A stretch of 64,000 nt of DNA, taken from assembly GCA_902539295.1 (NCBI GenBank), contig CACBIM010000006.1, positions 36,723-100,722 of the forward strand, given 5' to 3'. Shown in pieces: positions 50,942 through 62,123 of this stretch. Every line of letters begins with the position of its first letter. The stretch's first letter is position 1. A model generated the notes under the pieces. That model saw only the letters and a program-made list of their open reading frames with translations. It did not search any database and had not been told where the DNA came from. Both the position numbers and the translations under genes were made by a program. Source of the DNA: an uncultured SAR116 cluster alpha proteobacterium. GTDB lineage: Bacteria > Pseudomonadota > Alphaproteobacteria > Puniceispirillales > GCA-002684695.

Positions 50942-51931
50942 ATGAAACTTGGAACAATTAATGAATTAGGTAAAAGTCGTGTAATTGTAAAAGTTGATGA
51001 TGAATTTGCCTGCAAACTTAATGATTTAGAAAAAGCTATTGGAAACAAACTAAGCAATAATTTAATCGAATTTATAAGATCTACTAAAAATAAAGAGCTT
51101 TTTTCAAAACTCCAAAAAAATATCAACAATGTAAGAAAAATAAATATCAAGGATTTGGACTGGCTTCCACCTATAACAAACCCTTCGAAAATTCTTGGTG
51201 TGGCTTTTAATAATAAGGAATTAATGAAAAAAGCACATAAAGATCCTGGTGTCCCAAACTTCTTCCTAAAACCACCTTCTGCTTTGGTAGGTCATAATAA
51301 ACCAATAATTGTTGATCCTGAGTGGGGAGCTGTTATTCCAGAGCCTGAAATTTGTGCCGTGATTTCAAGAAAAGCTAAACATATAACTACAGAAGACGCA
51401 TTAAATTATGTTTTTGGGTTTTTGATTCATAATGATGTTACTTCACACGGTTTGAAATTTCAGAAAGACAGCATTGCCATCACTTATGATAAGGATTTAG
51501 CTAGACCTGAGTTTTATACTTGGAGAAATTTAAAAGACTCCAATGATACTGATGCATTTTATGTATACCACACACGTTCAAAAGGAACTGATACATTTGG
51601 ACCTATGGGACCATGGATTACCACATCTGATGAGATAGATAATCCTAATAAACTTTCAGTTACTGGATCTCTCGATGAAGATGATTTTACCAATGACCAT
51701 ACAAGTAATTACCGTTTCTCGATTCAAAAATGTATTTCAGAAGCAAGTAGTTATTTTACACTTGAAGCAGGTGATTTGATCTCATTTGGTACAACTGGTA
51801 AGGGAACAGATAAATTTCCTAGAGGCCATAAAAGTCTTTTAATTGGAGAACAAAAAGGGCTAATTAATATAAGAATTGAAAAACTTGGTATGTTATCTAA
51901 TCCTATCAAACATCAAAAAGGTGGTGCTTAA
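50942..51931 (+). CDS. Fumarylacetoacetate hydrolase family protein
   Basis: PSKILGV..N, FLKPPSAL, PEPE, NDVT, KGTDTFGPMGPWI, GDLISFGT. Confidence 0.88.
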   Translation: MKLGTINELGKSRVIVKVDDEFACKLNDLEKAIGNKLSNNLIEFIRSTKNKELFSKLQKNINNVRKINIKDLDWLPPITNPSKILGVAFNNKELMKKAHKDPGVPNFFLKPPSALVGHNKPIIVDPEWGAVIPEPEICAVISRKAKHITTEDALNYVFGFLIHNDVTSHGLKFQKDSIAITYDKDLARPEFYTWRNLKDSNDTDAFYVYHTRSKGTDTFGPMGPWITTSDEIDNPNKLSVTGSLDEDDFTNDHTSNYRFSIQKCISEASSYFTLEAGDLISFGTTGKGTDKFPRGHKSLLIGEQKGLINIRIEKLGMLSNPIKHQKGGA

Positions 51932-51946
51932 CATAATAGTCTATTT

Positions 51947-53278
51947 CTAAAATACTTTTAATAGTTCATCCCATCTTGTGGTATATGCAGGTGAACGATA
52001 ATAAGATTTCATCTGCCAATTGCTACCAGCTGTATTAAATCTAACTGGCTCTTTTTGAATTCCTTGAGCTCCATAAATAATAATACTTTTCCCTAATTTA
52101 TTATTAATCTGATCTACTACATCTGCAAATTTGGCTCTCTTGTATTCTTTTTTATTATCTTGCATAAAACTTGAAAGAAGATCTGACTGAATATTAAATT
52201 GCGGCCTTTGCAATAAGTCTACACTTTTATTATTATTTATTAATTGAGATAACATAACCCCTGCTTTTTGATATTTTAATTTAGACCGATAAATTACTTT
52301 CAAAGCCTGATCTGAAGCCTTTAATAGCTTAAAAGTATTTTGTGTTGGTTCAGAAAATGAAATTTCATATGCGTTCTTATATTGAAGTTCCTCAACACGA
52401 AATTTATTAGTTTGAATAAAAACACAAATACGACCACATAAGCTTCTCTGGGACCTTAATTTTTTTACTGCTGTAACAACATGGTTAGATATAGCCTCTT
52501 TTAATTCAGAAATATCAGTTACTACTGAACCAAAAGATCTTGAGACCATAATTGATTTTCTTGGCTGAGTAAGCTCTATAGGGATGCAAGAAATCTCATT
52601 CAGCTCACGCACTATTTTTTCTCCTACCACTGATAGGCATTTTTTTATCAGCCTAGGATCGGAGTTTTTCAATTGGAATCCGTTGAAAATTCCAATAGAG
52701 TTTAATCTAACTTTCCATCTTTTTGATATTCCCCAAATATCTTCTACTTTTATTTCTTTCAGTGTAGTATCGAGCTCATTATGATTATTATTCATTATAT
52801 AAACTCCACACTTTTTATGTTTCTTTGCAATATGATTTGCTATTTTAGCTAATGTTTTAGTCTTAGCCAAACCAATTGAAACTGGTATTCCTGTACACTG
52901 AAAAATAAATTCTCTTATTTTTTTAGCTTTATTAAATAAATTATCGTTAGTAACACTGAAATATAAGAAAGCTTCATCAATAGAATAAACTTCGACCTCA
53001 GGAGTAAATGCTTTCAGACAAGACATCACTCTTGATGACATATCTCCATAGAGAGTATAATTAGAGGAATAAACCATTACATTATTATCTTTCAATAATG
53101 TCTTATATTTAAACATAGGCGCGCCCATGGGTATTCCCAAAGATTTGGCTTCATTTGATCTAGCAATTATGCATCCATCATTGTTAGACAAAACCACAAC
53201 AGGTTTTGATTTTAAGGATGGATTGAAAACCCTTTCACACGAAACATAAAAATTATTGCAATCAACTAACGCGTACAT
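51947..53278 (-). CDS. umuC: Y-family DNA polymerase V catalytic subunit
   Basis: [32 protein letters not shown]...SP.YTTRW.EL. Confidence 0.95.
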   Translation of the reverse strand: MYALVDCNNFYVSCERVFNPSLKSKPVVVLSNNDGCIIARSNEAKSLGIPMGAPMFKYKTLLKDNNVMVYSSNYTLYGDMSSRVMSCLKAFTPEVEVYSIDEAFLYFSVTNDNLFNKAKKIREFIFQCTGIPVSIGLAKTKTLAKIANHIAKKHKKCGVYIMNNNHNELDTTLKEIKVEDIWGISKRWKVRLNSIGIFNGFQLKNSDPRLIKKCLSVVGEKIVRELNEISCIPIELTQPRKSIMVSRSFGSVVTDISELKEAISNHVVTAVKKLRSQRSLCGRICVFIQTNKFRVEELQYKNAYEISFSEPTQNTFKLLKASDQALKVIYRSKLKYQKAGVMLSQLINNNKSVDLLQRPQFNIQSDLLSSFMQDNKKEYKRAKFADVVDQINNKLGKSIIIYGAQGIQKEPVRFNTAGSNWQMKSYYRSPAYTTRWDELLKVF

Positions 53279-53293
53279 GAATATAAATTTAGT

Positions 53294-53728
53294 TTACAAA
53301 GAATGAATAACATTTGTAGCCACGCCCCATATAACCATGTCCATGCTATCTAAAACCTCAATTGGCTTAAAAAGCTCATTTTCTGGTAACAACATTATTT
53401 TATCATCATGACGATAGAGTCTTTTAATAGTCATCTGCCCATCTAGTGCTGCTACTACTATCTTGCCATGCTTTGGTTTAATACTTCTGTCAACTATTAT
53501 AATATCGTTATTATAGATACCGGCATTTATCATTGAATCTCCAGCCACACGTACAAAAAAGGTTGCTGCTGGATGTTTGATCAAATACTCATTTAAATCA
53601 AGTTTATCTTCAAGGTAGTCATCTGCCGGTGAAGGAAACCCCGCTGTAACTGAGCAATTATAAAATTGGTAATAAATTTTATTTTGTATATTTGTTTTAA
53701 ATATTTTTTTTATCACTAGAAAATACAT
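53294..53728 (-). CDS. umuD: DNA polymerase V autoproteolytic subunit
   Basis: AGFPSPADDY cleavage region, GDSM (Ser), TIKRL (Lys), no HTH. Confidence 0.93.
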   Translation of the reverse strand: MYFLVIKKIFKTNIQNKIYYQFYNCSVTAGFPSPADDYLEDKLDLNEYLIKHPAATFFVRVAGDSMINAGIYNNDIIIVDRSIKPKHGKIVVAALDGQMTIKRLYRHDDKIMLLPENELFKPIEVLDSMDMVIWGVATNVIHSL

Positions 53729-53738
53729 ATTTAATTTT

Positions 53739-53753
53739 GTTCATGTTTTGTTC
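53739..53753. promoter_or_regulatory. Alphaproteobacterial LexA box GTTC-N7-GTTC
   Basis: GTTC-ATGTTTT-GTTC, 10 bp upstream of the umuD ATG. Confidence 0.85.
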
Positions 53754-53803
53754 TATTTTGAGGATAAGTATAAGTCAACATTTTAATCTTAAAAAACGCT
53801 TAA

Positions 53804-54061
53804 CTATTTTTGCTTATTTTCTGAAGATGGGTCTATTACCTGATCATCAAATCCTTTTTGATGTGATAAAAACAATAAATAAGTAAGCACTCCCACCAAA
53901 ACAAAAGAAAAAAAACATCCTAAAAATAGAGCTATTAGTCCATTTGAGGACATATTAATATCTAAATGAACTCTTATTAAAAAGAACGCCAATAATACTA
54001 ATAAAAAAGCAGCTAATATTAGGGCTAGCACTATTAAAATTTTATGAAAGGCTTTATTCAT
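53804..54061 (-). CDS. Small membrane protein, hypothetical
   Basis: Two hydrophobic segments; MS.NG..AL..G...L.FLSH.KGFDD pattern. Confidence 0.65.
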   Translation of the reverse strand: MNKAFHKILIVLALILAAFLLVLLAFFLIRVHLDINMSSNGLIALFLGCFFSFVLVGVLTYLLFLSHQKGFDDQVIDPSSENKQK

Positions 54062-54138
54062 TATTATTAAAATTTTATTCTATTATTAAATTTCTTAAAT
54101 TATAATATATATGTTATTTTTTTTGAAGGAAGGGCTAA

Positions 54139-54777
54139 GTGCTAAAAGAAAAATTTGCGCAAGAAGCAGCAGAAATTTTAATTGATATTGGCGCTGTTTC
54201 GATAAGTGTAGAAAAACCGTTTACTCTGACATCAGGGAAAAAAAGCCCTGTTTATGTCGATTGTAGAAAAATTATTTCATTTCCCAAAGAACGAAAGAAG
54301 CTTATGAAAATGGCTTTACAAATTCTACAAAATCGTGCTTCATTTGATGCTATAGCAGGTGGTGAAACTGCTGGTATACCCTTTGCTGCCTGGATTTCTG
54401 AGTTAACATCATTGCCTATGATATATATCAGAAAGAAGTCAAAGGGTTTTGGAAAAAATAAACGCATAGAAGGTGACTTCAAGCCCAGCAGCAATATTCT
54501 TTTAGTAGAGGATTTGGCTACTGATGGCGGTTCAAAAATGTCTTTTGTGAATGCCATTAGGGATGCCGGGGGGCAATGCAACACATGCTTTGTAATTTTT
54601 CATTATAATATTTTTAAGCAAGAAATAGACAAACTAAAAGCTCAGAATGTTTCAATAATTGAACTTGCTACTTGGAAAAATATTATAGACGTTCTCTATA
54701 GTAGGAAAATACCAGAGAGCAGGATTAAAAGCATTGAGAGTTTTTTAAAAAACCCTAATGAATGGAAGCCAAAATAG
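54139..54777 (+). CDS. pyrE: Orotate phosphoribosyltransferase
   Basis: F.LTSGKKSPVYVDCR, IAGGETAGIP, RKKSKG.G, LVEDLATDGGS. Confidence 0.93.
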   Translation: MLKEKFAQEAAEILIDIGAVSISVEKPFTLTSGKKSPVYVDCRKIISFPKERKKLMKMALQILQNRASFDAIAGGETAGIPFAAWISELTSLPMIYIRKKSKGFGKNKRIEGDFKPSSNILLVEDLATDGGSKMSFVNAIRDAGGQCNTCFVIFHYNIFKQEIDKLKAQNVSIIELATWKNIIDVLYSRKIPESRIKSIESFLKNPNEWKPK

Positions 54778-54797
54778 AAAATATTGTATTAATTAAT

Positions 54798-55964
54798 TTA
54801 TGATAGTTTTATTTCTACAAGGCGTGACCAGTAGCTTGCGCCAATTGGCAAAATTTCATCATTAAAATCATAGCATGAATTATGTAACATTTTTCCTTCT
54901 CCTGGATTGCCAGCTCCAAGCCAAATATATGCTCCTGGCTTTTCTTTTAGCATATATGAAAAATCTTCACTTGCCATTGATGGTGGAATGTTTTTCTCGA
55001 CTGCATTAACACCCATAACATCTTCAACGATCTCACAAGCTTCATTAGCCTCTTTTATAGTGTTTTCTGTTGAAGGATAACCTTGAAAATAATCAATTTC
55101 AGCATCCAGTCCTGAAGCTTGGGCTATACTCTTAGATATATTTTTAATACCATTTTCTAACTTTTCTCGATCCTGTTGGTGCAATGTTCTGCATGTACCA
55201 CGCATTTCTACCTCATCAGGAATAACGTTTGAAGCAGTCCCTGCTCTAATCATAGTAACAGATACAACAGCTGAATTAACTGGGTTTATATTTCTCGATA
55301 CAAGAGTTTGTAGGCCTGAAATGATAGAGGCAGATACTGGAACAGGATCATGTGTTAAATGAGGTATAGCAGCGTGTCCACCTTTACCAATAATTGTTAT
55401 TTTAAATGTGTCTGCTGATGCCATTACTGGACCAAAATGTATAGCTGCCTTGCCAACATCTAATCCTGGCCAGTTATGCATGCCCCAAACAGTTTGCATT
55501 GGAAACTCTTGGAACAACCCCTCTTCAACCATTACTTTTCCACCACCCAATCCTTCCTCTGCTGGTTGAAAAATAAAATATACAGTCCCTCCAAAATTTT
55601 TAGTTTCTGATAAGTACTTTGCAGCGCCTAATAGCATAGCCATATGGCCATCATGTCCACATGCATGCATTTTGTCTTTGCTTTTACTCTTATGCTCAAA
55701 GTTATTTTCTTCGGGCATTTCTAAAGCATCCATATCAGCCCTCAGTCCAATTGAGCCATCTCCTTTTTTTGATCCTTTCAAAACACCAACAACTCCCGTT
55801 TTACCAATATTTTGAAAAGCTTTAATGCCAAATTCATTTAATTTTTTCACAATAAATTTTGATGTGTTATATTCTTCAAAACCAAGTTCTGGGTTTTCGT
55901 GTAAATACCTTCTCCATTCTTGCATTTCTTTTTTAATGTTTGAAATACTATTAATAATTGGCAT
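54798..55964 (-). CDS. M20D amidohydrolase (hippurate hydrolase/aminoacylase-like)
   Basis: LHENPELGFEE, LRADMDAL, MHACGHDGH, FQPAEEG, SEDF, LH...YDFND. Confidence 0.92.
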   Translation of the reverse strand: MPIINSISNIKKEMQEWRRYLHENPELGFEEYNTSKFIVKKLNEFGIKAFQNIGKTGVVGVLKGSKKGDGSIGLRADMDALEMPEENNFEHKSKSKDKMHACGHDGHMAMLLGAAKYLSETKNFGGTVYFIFQPAEEGLGGGKVMVEEGLFQEFPMQTVWGMHNWPGLDVGKAAIHFGPVMASADTFKITIIGKGGHAAIPHLTHDPVPVSASIISGLQTLVSRNINPVNSAVVSVTMIRAGTASNVIPDEVEMRGTCRTLHQQDREKLENGIKNISKSIAQASGLDAEIDYFQGYPSTENTIKEANEACEIVEDVMGVNAVEKNIPPSMASEDFSYMLKEKPGAYIWLGAGNPGEGKMLHNSCYDFNDEILPIGASYWSRLVEIKLS

Positions 55965-56002
55965 TTAAATAATTCTTTCTCTTTTATATTAATTAAATTA
56001 AA

Positions 56003-56079
56003 CTAATTTTAACTTTACTATTGCATTGAAATTAAATCTAATTTTAACTTCACTATTGCATTGAAATTAAATCTAATTT
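56003..56079. repeat. 35-bp tandem duplication (about 2.2 copies)
   Basis: CTAATTTTAACTT[T/C]ACTATTGCATTGAAATTAAAT at 56003 and 56038, with a partial third copy at 56073. Confidence 0.9.
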
Positions 56080-56149
56080 AATTGTTTTTAATTTTCAATT
56101 TTATTAATTATAGTTTTTTGCTTTATTTCATCAATAAAGAGCATTTTAG

Positions 56150-57376
56150 TTGAACAATAAGTTAAATGTTTCTCAAAAGTTTTTCACAATACTCTTACCC
56201 TTTTGTGGAGGGTATTTTCTTTCTTATTTATTTCGTTCAACAAATGCAGTAATTGCTCCTGATTTAGTTAGTGAATTTAATACTAATGCCCAACAACTTG
56301 GAATACTTACATCTTCATACCTTTTTGCATTTGCTGTTTTTCAAATTCCTTTAGGCATCTTGTTAGATAAGTATGGTGCTCGCAAGGTTCAAATTGTTTT
56401 AATGATATTTGCGGGCTTCGGATCACTGATGTTTTGTTATGGAAATAGTATATTAGAACTTACAATAGCAAGAGCGATTATTGGCTTTGGTGTTGCTGGT
56501 TGTCTCATGTCAACTTTTAAGATTATTACTGTTTGGTATAATAAAAATAATTGGCCTATACTTTATGGATTATGTCTTTCAAGTGGTGGCTTAGGTGCTA
56601 TCGTTGCTACTAAACCGCTTTACTTTATTGTTGATGAAATTGGATGGCGTTCAGCCTTTTTTATACTTGCACTGTTGTGCTTTCTTATTTCTCTTATCAT
56701 TTTGATAGTTACTCCTGAAAATGAGAGCACTGAAGAAGAGCAGAATGTAATTTTTGCACTCAAAGAGATTTATTCAAGTAAGCTGTTTTGGAGGATTGCA
56801 CCTCTTGCTGGCATTTCAGGTGGAACTGCATTGGCTATACAAGGCTTATGGGCTGGTGAATGGCTAAGGGATGTTGCCAGACTTACCCAAAATGATGCCA
56901 CCAACATGCTGTTAATTTTAAATTTATCTTTGCTAATTGGCATGATTGTAACTGGCTTCATTCCTAACATTTTGAAAAGATTTAAAGTATCCCAAATTGA
57001 TATTTTTTTGGTCATAACTCTTATTCTTTTACTTGGTCACTCTCTTCTAACTTTTGAAATTATGCCTGTTTCGCCAATTCCATGGATACTTTTAGGAATT
57101 TCTGCAAATGGCGCTATTCTTGCTTATTCTTGGTTAAATACTCAATTTCCAATTGCCTATGCTGGAAAAGTATCTACAGCTCTTAATTTATCTCTTTTCC
57201 TATGTGGATTTATTTTACAATATGCAATTGGTTGGATAATAAATCTTTGGGACAGAAATCCAGATAATACCTACCCTGCTATATCTTACTCAGTTTCATT
57301 TGGGATTCTTTTTATTTTACAAATTATATGTATTATAATTTTCTTTTCTTTAAGATCAAAAAGTAACTCTGAATAG
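56150..57376 (+). CDS. MFS transporter
   Basis: About 12 hydrophobic segments; G.LLDKYGAR motif A; AR..IG.G. Confidence 0.9.
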   Translation: MNNKLNVSQKFFTILLPFCGGYFLSYLFRSTNAVIAPDLVSEFNTNAQQLGILTSSYLFAFAVFQIPLGILLDKYGARKVQIVLMIFAGFGSLMFCYGNSILELTIARAIIGFGVAGCLMSTFKIITVWYNKNNWPILYGLCLSSGGLGAIVATKPLYFIVDEIGWRSAFFILALLCFLISLIILIVTPENESTEEEQNVIFALKEIYSSKLFWRIAPLAGISGGTALAIQGLWAGEWLRDVARLTQNDATNMLLILNLSLLIGMIVTGFIPNILKRFKVSQIDIFLVITLILLLGHSLLTFEIMPVSPIPWILLGISANGAILAYSWLNTQFPIAYAGKVSTALNLSLFLCGFILQYAIGWIINLWDRNPDNTYPAISYSVSFGILFILQIICIIIFFSLRSKSNSE

Positions 57377-57470
57377 TTGAAAAAGTTGTTGAATAAATTT
57401 AATTTAAATATATTTAATGGGTATTGTTTTTTAACAATTAGAATTAAATTTAGAAAAAATAAAATTCATA

Positions 57471-58736
57471 GTGATTAAAAATTTTAAACAAAAATACTCA
57501 ATTTTTTCATTAGCGCGAAATTCATTATCTTATCATAAGAATTGGAATAAAGCTTGGAGAAGCCCTCATCCCAAAAAAAATTATGATATCATCATTGTTG
57601 GTGGCGGTGGTCATGGTTTAGCTACTGCTTACTATTTGGCATCTGTTCACAAATTAAATAATATTGCAGTTATTGAAAAAGGTTGGCTTGGCGGTGGCAA
57701 CACTGGTCGAAATACTACTATCATTAGATCCAATTATCTTTGGGATGAATCCGCAGCTATTTATGAGCATGCTTTAAAATTATGGGAGAGTTTGTCTACT
57801 GAGCTAAACTTTAATGTAATGTTTAGCCAAAGAGGCGTTCTTACAATTTCTCATAGTGAACACGAACTTAAAGAAATGTCCAGAAGGGTGCACGCCATTA
57901 GATTAAACGGTATAGACTCTGAAATCCTTTCTCCAAGTCAAATTAAAGAATTCATTCCTATTATCAACACAAACCAAAACATTAGATATCCAGTAATGGG
58001 TGGCTTTTTGCAAAAAAGGGGGGGGACTGCTAGACATGACGCCGTTGCTTGGGGATATGCCAGAGCGGCTGATAGTTTAGGGGTTGATATTATTCAAAAT
58101 TGTGAAGTTCAGGGCATTATAAGGGACCAGAACAAAATAAAAGGTATAATTACTTCCAAAGGTGAAATTAGTACAAAGAAACTAGGTGTGGTGGTTGCGG
58201 GACACTCTAGTTTATTAGCTGAAATGGCTGGGTTAAAATTACCTATCCAAAGCCGACCCTTACAAGCATTAGTATCTGAACCGATTAAACCAATTTTAGA
58301 TACCGTAATTATGTCAAATGCTGTGCATATGTACATTAGCCAATCTGATAAAGGAGAAATGGTGCTTGGCGCTGGAGTTGACAAGTACAATTCATATGCC
58401 CAAAAAGGTTCATTTCCTGTACCTCAACACATGATTTCAGCAGCCGTTGAATTATTTCCTGTTCTTTCAAGATTAAGGATGCTTCGACATTGGGGGGGAA
58501 TAGTTGATACTTGCCCTGATGCATCACCAATTATTTCCAAAACTGATGTTGATGGACTATATTTTAATTGCGGCTGGGGCACTGGAGGTTTTAAAGCAAC
58601 ACCTGGAAGTGGCCATGTTTTTGCTGATCTAATTGCAAATAACGAACCTAATAAAATTTCTGCACCTTACTCAATCAATAGATTCAATACTGGCTTCCTT
58701 ATTGATGAACATGGAGCTGCAGGAGTTGCTCATTAA
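57471..58736 (+). CDS. soxB: Sarcosine oxidase subunit beta
   Basis: [54 protein letters not shown]. Confidence 0.95.
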   Translation: MIKNFKQKYSIFSLARNSLSYHKNWNKAWRSPHPKKNYDIIIVGGGGHGLATAYYLASVHKLNNIAVIEKGWLGGGNTGRNTTIIRSNYLWDESAAIYEHALKLWESLSTELNFNVMFSQRGVLTISHSEHELKEMSRRVHAIRLNGIDSEILSPSQIKEFIPIINTNQNIRYPVMGGFLQKRGGTARHDAVAWGYARAADSLGVDIIQNCEVQGIIRDQNKIKGIITSKGEISTKKLGVVVAGHSSLLAEMAGLKLPIQSRPLQALVSEPIKPILDTVIMSNAVHMYISQSDKGEMVLGAGVDKYNSYAQKGSFPVPQHMISAAVELFPVLSRLRMLRHWGGIVDTCPDASPIISKTDVDGLYFNCGWGTGGFKATPGSGHVFADLIANNEPNKISAPYSINRFNTGFLIDEHGAAGVAH

Positions 58737-58751
58737 AAATGGAATTAGTTA

Positions 58752-59093
58752 ATGCTTAATATTAAATGTCCTTATTGTGGTTTTAGAGATGAAAGTGAGT
58801 TTTCGTGTGGTGGTGAAGCTCATATCATAAGACCAGGTTATGAAATAAAATTAACTGATGAAGAATGGGCTGAATACTTATTTATGAGAAATAATCCTAA
58901 AGGCAATTTTACTGAAAGATGGTTTCATGCCCACGGATGCAGAAAGTGGTTTAATGTTGTAAGAAATACTGTAACTAATGAAATTTCTGAAATTTATCCA
59001 GCAGGGTCTCTTCCTAAATCTCCAGAAGGTAAAAGTGCTTACAAAAGTAATTGGCGCCGTAACTCTCAAGCTGAAATAAAGTCTTTGAAATAG
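58752..59093 (+). CDS. soxD: Sarcosine oxidase subunit delta
   Basis: CPYCG.RDESEF..GGEAH, W.H..GCRKWFN..R.T. Confidence 0.94.
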   Translation: MLNIKCPYCGFRDESEFSCGGEAHIIRPGYEIKLTDEEWAEYLFMRNNPKGNFTERWFHAHGCRKWFNVVRNTVTNEISEIYPAGSLPKSPEGKSAYKSNWRRNSQAEIKSLK

Positions 59094-59099
59094 GTAATT

Positions 59100-62000
59100 A
59101 TGAAAACAAATCCTAATAGAATACCTAACCATCCTATAACTTCACACAAAAAGATTAATTTTACTTTTGATGGCAAAAAATATTCTGCTTTCATAGGTGA
59201 TACTTTAGCGAGTGCACTTTTATCAAATAATATAAGAGTGGTTGGTAGGTCTTTTAAGTATCATAGACCTAGAGGAATACTTGGAATAGGAGTTGAAGAA
59301 CCTAATGCACTTATGCGAATTGGCACAGGTTCGCGAGTAGAACCAAATATACCTGCAACACAAATTGAAGTATTTGACGGACTAGTTGTTGAAAGTCAAA
59401 ATAGATGGCCTTCTCTTAGATACGATTTTGGTGCTATTAATTCATTCTTTTCTAGATTAATTCCAGCAGGTTTTTATTATAAAACCTTCATGTGGCCATC
59501 ATCTATGTGGGAAAAGTACGAATGGTTTATTAGAAGAGCCGCAGGTTTAGGAAAAGCTGCTGATGAACACGAAGATCCTGACAGATATGAGCATATACAC
59601 TTTCATTGTGACGTTTTAATAGCTGGTGGCGGCTTATCAGGTCTTATTTCAGCATTTATTCTTGGTTCAGCTGGAGCTAGAGTTTTAATTGCTGATGAGA
59701 AACCTGAACTAGGAGGAAACTTACTCTACGAAGATGATATTAAAATTGATAATTCAAAAAGTACGTCTTGGGTTAAAAAAATTGAAACTCAACTACGAGA
59801 AATGAAAAATATTAAAATTTTGAAAAGAAGTACAGTTTTTGGATACCATGACCACAATTATATCACCATTTCAGAAAGGTGCACAGATCACCTTTCAGAG
59901 AAGGATGAAAATTCTACTAGACATAGGCTATGGAAGGTCAGAGCTAAAGAGGTCTTAATTGCACAAGGCATGCACGAAAGACCACAAGTTATTTCAGGTA
60001 ATGACATTCCAGGAGTAATGTTGAGCTCAGCAGCAAGAGGATACGTTAATAAATTTGGGGTAATTCCGGGTAGAAATGCAATAATCACCACAAATAACGA
60101 TGACGCTTACCGAACAGCCATCGCACTACAAAAATCTGGTATCAAAGTGATAGCAATTATTGACAGTCGAGAAAAAATCAGTGGAGAACTATCAAAAATT
60201 ATTAAAAAATATGAGTTTAAAATTTTTTTAAATCATGTAGTGTCTTCAATTCATGGAAAGTATTCAGTTAAATCAGTTGAAGTAGCTCCAATTACTGAAG
60301 ACGGAAATGATTTAGCTGCACAACCTCTTAAAATATATACAGATTTTGTTGTCATGTCAGGTGGCTGGACACCAATAGTTAATTTATTTAGCCAAAGTGG
60401 TGGCAAATTAGAATGGGATGAAAGTAATAGTTTTTTTAAGCCTTCTCAATATTTACAAAGCTGTCTTTGCATTGGAGGAAGCAATGGAAATTTTGATATG
60501 AAGGAATGCATTGATAAAACTATAAGCCAGAGCAATTTGATTTTGCGTCGAATTGGCAAAAAAAAGAAATCTAAAATCACTTTTAAAGCAAGCTATTTAA
60601 ACGTTGATTATAAATCACGAAACATATGGCATATACCCAATGGACGTATATCAGGTAAAGGGGGAAAAGCATTTATTGACTTTCAAAACGATGTTACTGC
60701 CAGTGATATTTATTTAGCTTCCAAAGAGGGATATGTATCTGTTGAGCATTTAAAACGATATACCACTACTGGAATGGCTACAGACCAAGGGAAAACATCA
60801 AATATTAATGCTTTAGCTATTTTAGCAAATATTTTAAACAAACCTATAGAAGAGGTTGGCACAACAACGTTTAGGATGCCCTACACACCAGTAACTTTAG
60901 GCAACATTGGTGGCCGTGATATTAGAAACCTCTTTGACCCAGTAAGGGTGACACGTATTAATGACTGGCATGTTAAAAATAATGCAAAATTTGAACATGT
61001 TGGCCAATGGATGAGAGCATGGTACTACCCAATAAAAAATGAGAGTTTTCAAAATACTATTGATAGAGAAGTTTTCAATGCTCGAAACAAAGCAGGAATT
61101 TTAGATGCATCAACTTTAGGTAAAATTGATATTCGTGGTCCAGACGCTGGTAAGTTTTTAGATTTAATTTATACAAATAATTGGTCAAACCTTAAAGTTG
61201 GCAAATGTAGATATGGTTTAATGCTTAAAGATGATGGTATGGTAATGGATGATGGAGTCACTTCACGATTTTCTGATGACCATTTTCATATGACCACTAC
61301 AACTGGTGGTGCTGCAAATGTAATGAATTGGCTAGAAGAATGGCATCAAACTGAATGGCCCAAACTCAAAGTTTTCTTTACTTCCGTAACTGAATCTTGG
61401 TCTGTTATTTCTATTTCAGGCCCAAAAGCAAGAGATGTTTTAAGAGCGGCACATTGTTCTATAGACTTATCAAATGAAGCATTTGAATTTATGTCATTCA
61501 AAGAAGGTGAAATTAGTGGAATACCTGTAAGAGTTTTTAGAATTTCATTTACTGGCGAACTTTCATTTGAAATTAATACCCCTGCTAGATATGGAATGCA
61601 GTTGTGGGAGGTTTTAATTAAAAATGGTAATCAGTTTGGATTAACACCATATGGCACAGAGGCAATGCACGTTCTCAGGGCTGAAAGAGGATTTATTATA
61701 GTTGGCCAAGAAACAGATGGAACAGTTTCTCCAATAGACTTAGGTATGGACTGGATAATTTCAAAAAAGAAAAAAGATTTTATTGGCAAAAGATCTTTGG
61801 AAAGAGCTTCTATGAAACAAAATGATAGAAAAGAGCTGGTTGGCTTACTATCGGACGATCCAAATACAGTTATTCCTGAAGGAGCTCATGCAATAGATGA
61901 AAAAGATTTAGAATTAGAAGAAAAAAATATTTTAGGACATGTAACTTCCTCATATTTTTCTTCAAATTGTAAAAGGAGTATTGCTATGGCTCTTATTAAG

Positions 62001-62123
62001 AATGGTCGAGCCCGAAAAGGGAATAAACTTGTAATCCCTTTGTTAAATGGTGATAAAATAAAAGCAAAAATTGTTAACCCAGTTTTTTTTGACCCAAATG
62101 GAGTTAGAAAAAATGGAATTTAA
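59100..62123 (+). CDS. soxA: Sarcosine oxidase subunit alpha
   Basis: GDTLASAL, RSFKYHRPRG, EHLKRYTT.GM..DQGK, GcvT-like C-terminal half. Confidence 0.95.
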   Translation: MKTNPNRIPNHPITSHKKINFTFDGKKYSAFIGDTLASALLSNNIRVVGRSFKYHRPRGILGIGVEEPNALMRIGTGSRVEPNIPATQIEVFDGLVVESQNRWPSLRYDFGAINSFFSRLIPAGFYYKTFMWPSSMWEKYEWFIRRAAGLGKAADEHEDPDRYEHIHFHCDVLIAGGGLSGLISAFILGSAGARVLIADEKPELGGNLLYEDDIKIDNSKSTSWVKKIETQLREMKNIKILKRSTVFGYHDHNYITISERCTDHLSEKDENSTRHRLWKVRAKEVLIAQGMHERPQVISGNDIPGVMLSSAARGYVNKFGVIPGRNAIITTNNDDAYRTAIALQKSGIKVIAIIDSREKISGELSKIIKKYEFKIFLNHVVSSIHGKYSVKSVEVAPITEDGNDLAAQPLKIYTDFVVMSGGWTPIVNLFSQSGGKLEWDESNSFFKPSQYLQSCLCIGGSNGNFDMKECIDKTISQSNLILRRIGKKKKSKITFKASYLNVDYKSRNIWHIPNGRISGKGGKAFIDFQNDVTASDIYLASKEGYVSVEHLKRYTTTGMATDQGKTSNINALAILANILNKPIEEVGTTTFRMPYTPVTLGNIGGRDIRNLFDPVRVTRINDWHVKNNAKFEHVGQWMRAWYYPIKNESFQNTIDREVFNARNKAGILDASTLGKIDIRGPDAGKFLDLIYTNNWSNLKVGKCRYGLMLKDDGMVMDDGVTSRFSDDHFHMTTTTGGAANVMNWLEEWHQTEWPKLKVFFTSVTESWSVISISGPKARDVLRAAHCSIDLSNEAFEFMSFKEGEISGIPVRVFRISFTGELSFEINTPARYGMQLWEVLIKNGNQFGLTPYGTEAMHVLRAERGFIIVGQETDGTVSPIDLGMDWIISKKKKDFIGKRSLERASMKQNDRKELVGLLSDDPNTVIPEGAHAIDEKDLELEEKNILGHVTSSYFSSNCKRSIAMALIKNGRARKGNKLVIPLLNGDKIKAKIVNPVFFDPNGVRKNGI

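Noticed and set aside
56003-56079. CRISPR array
   Set aside because: The copies are head-to-tail with no spacers, and there are no cas genes.
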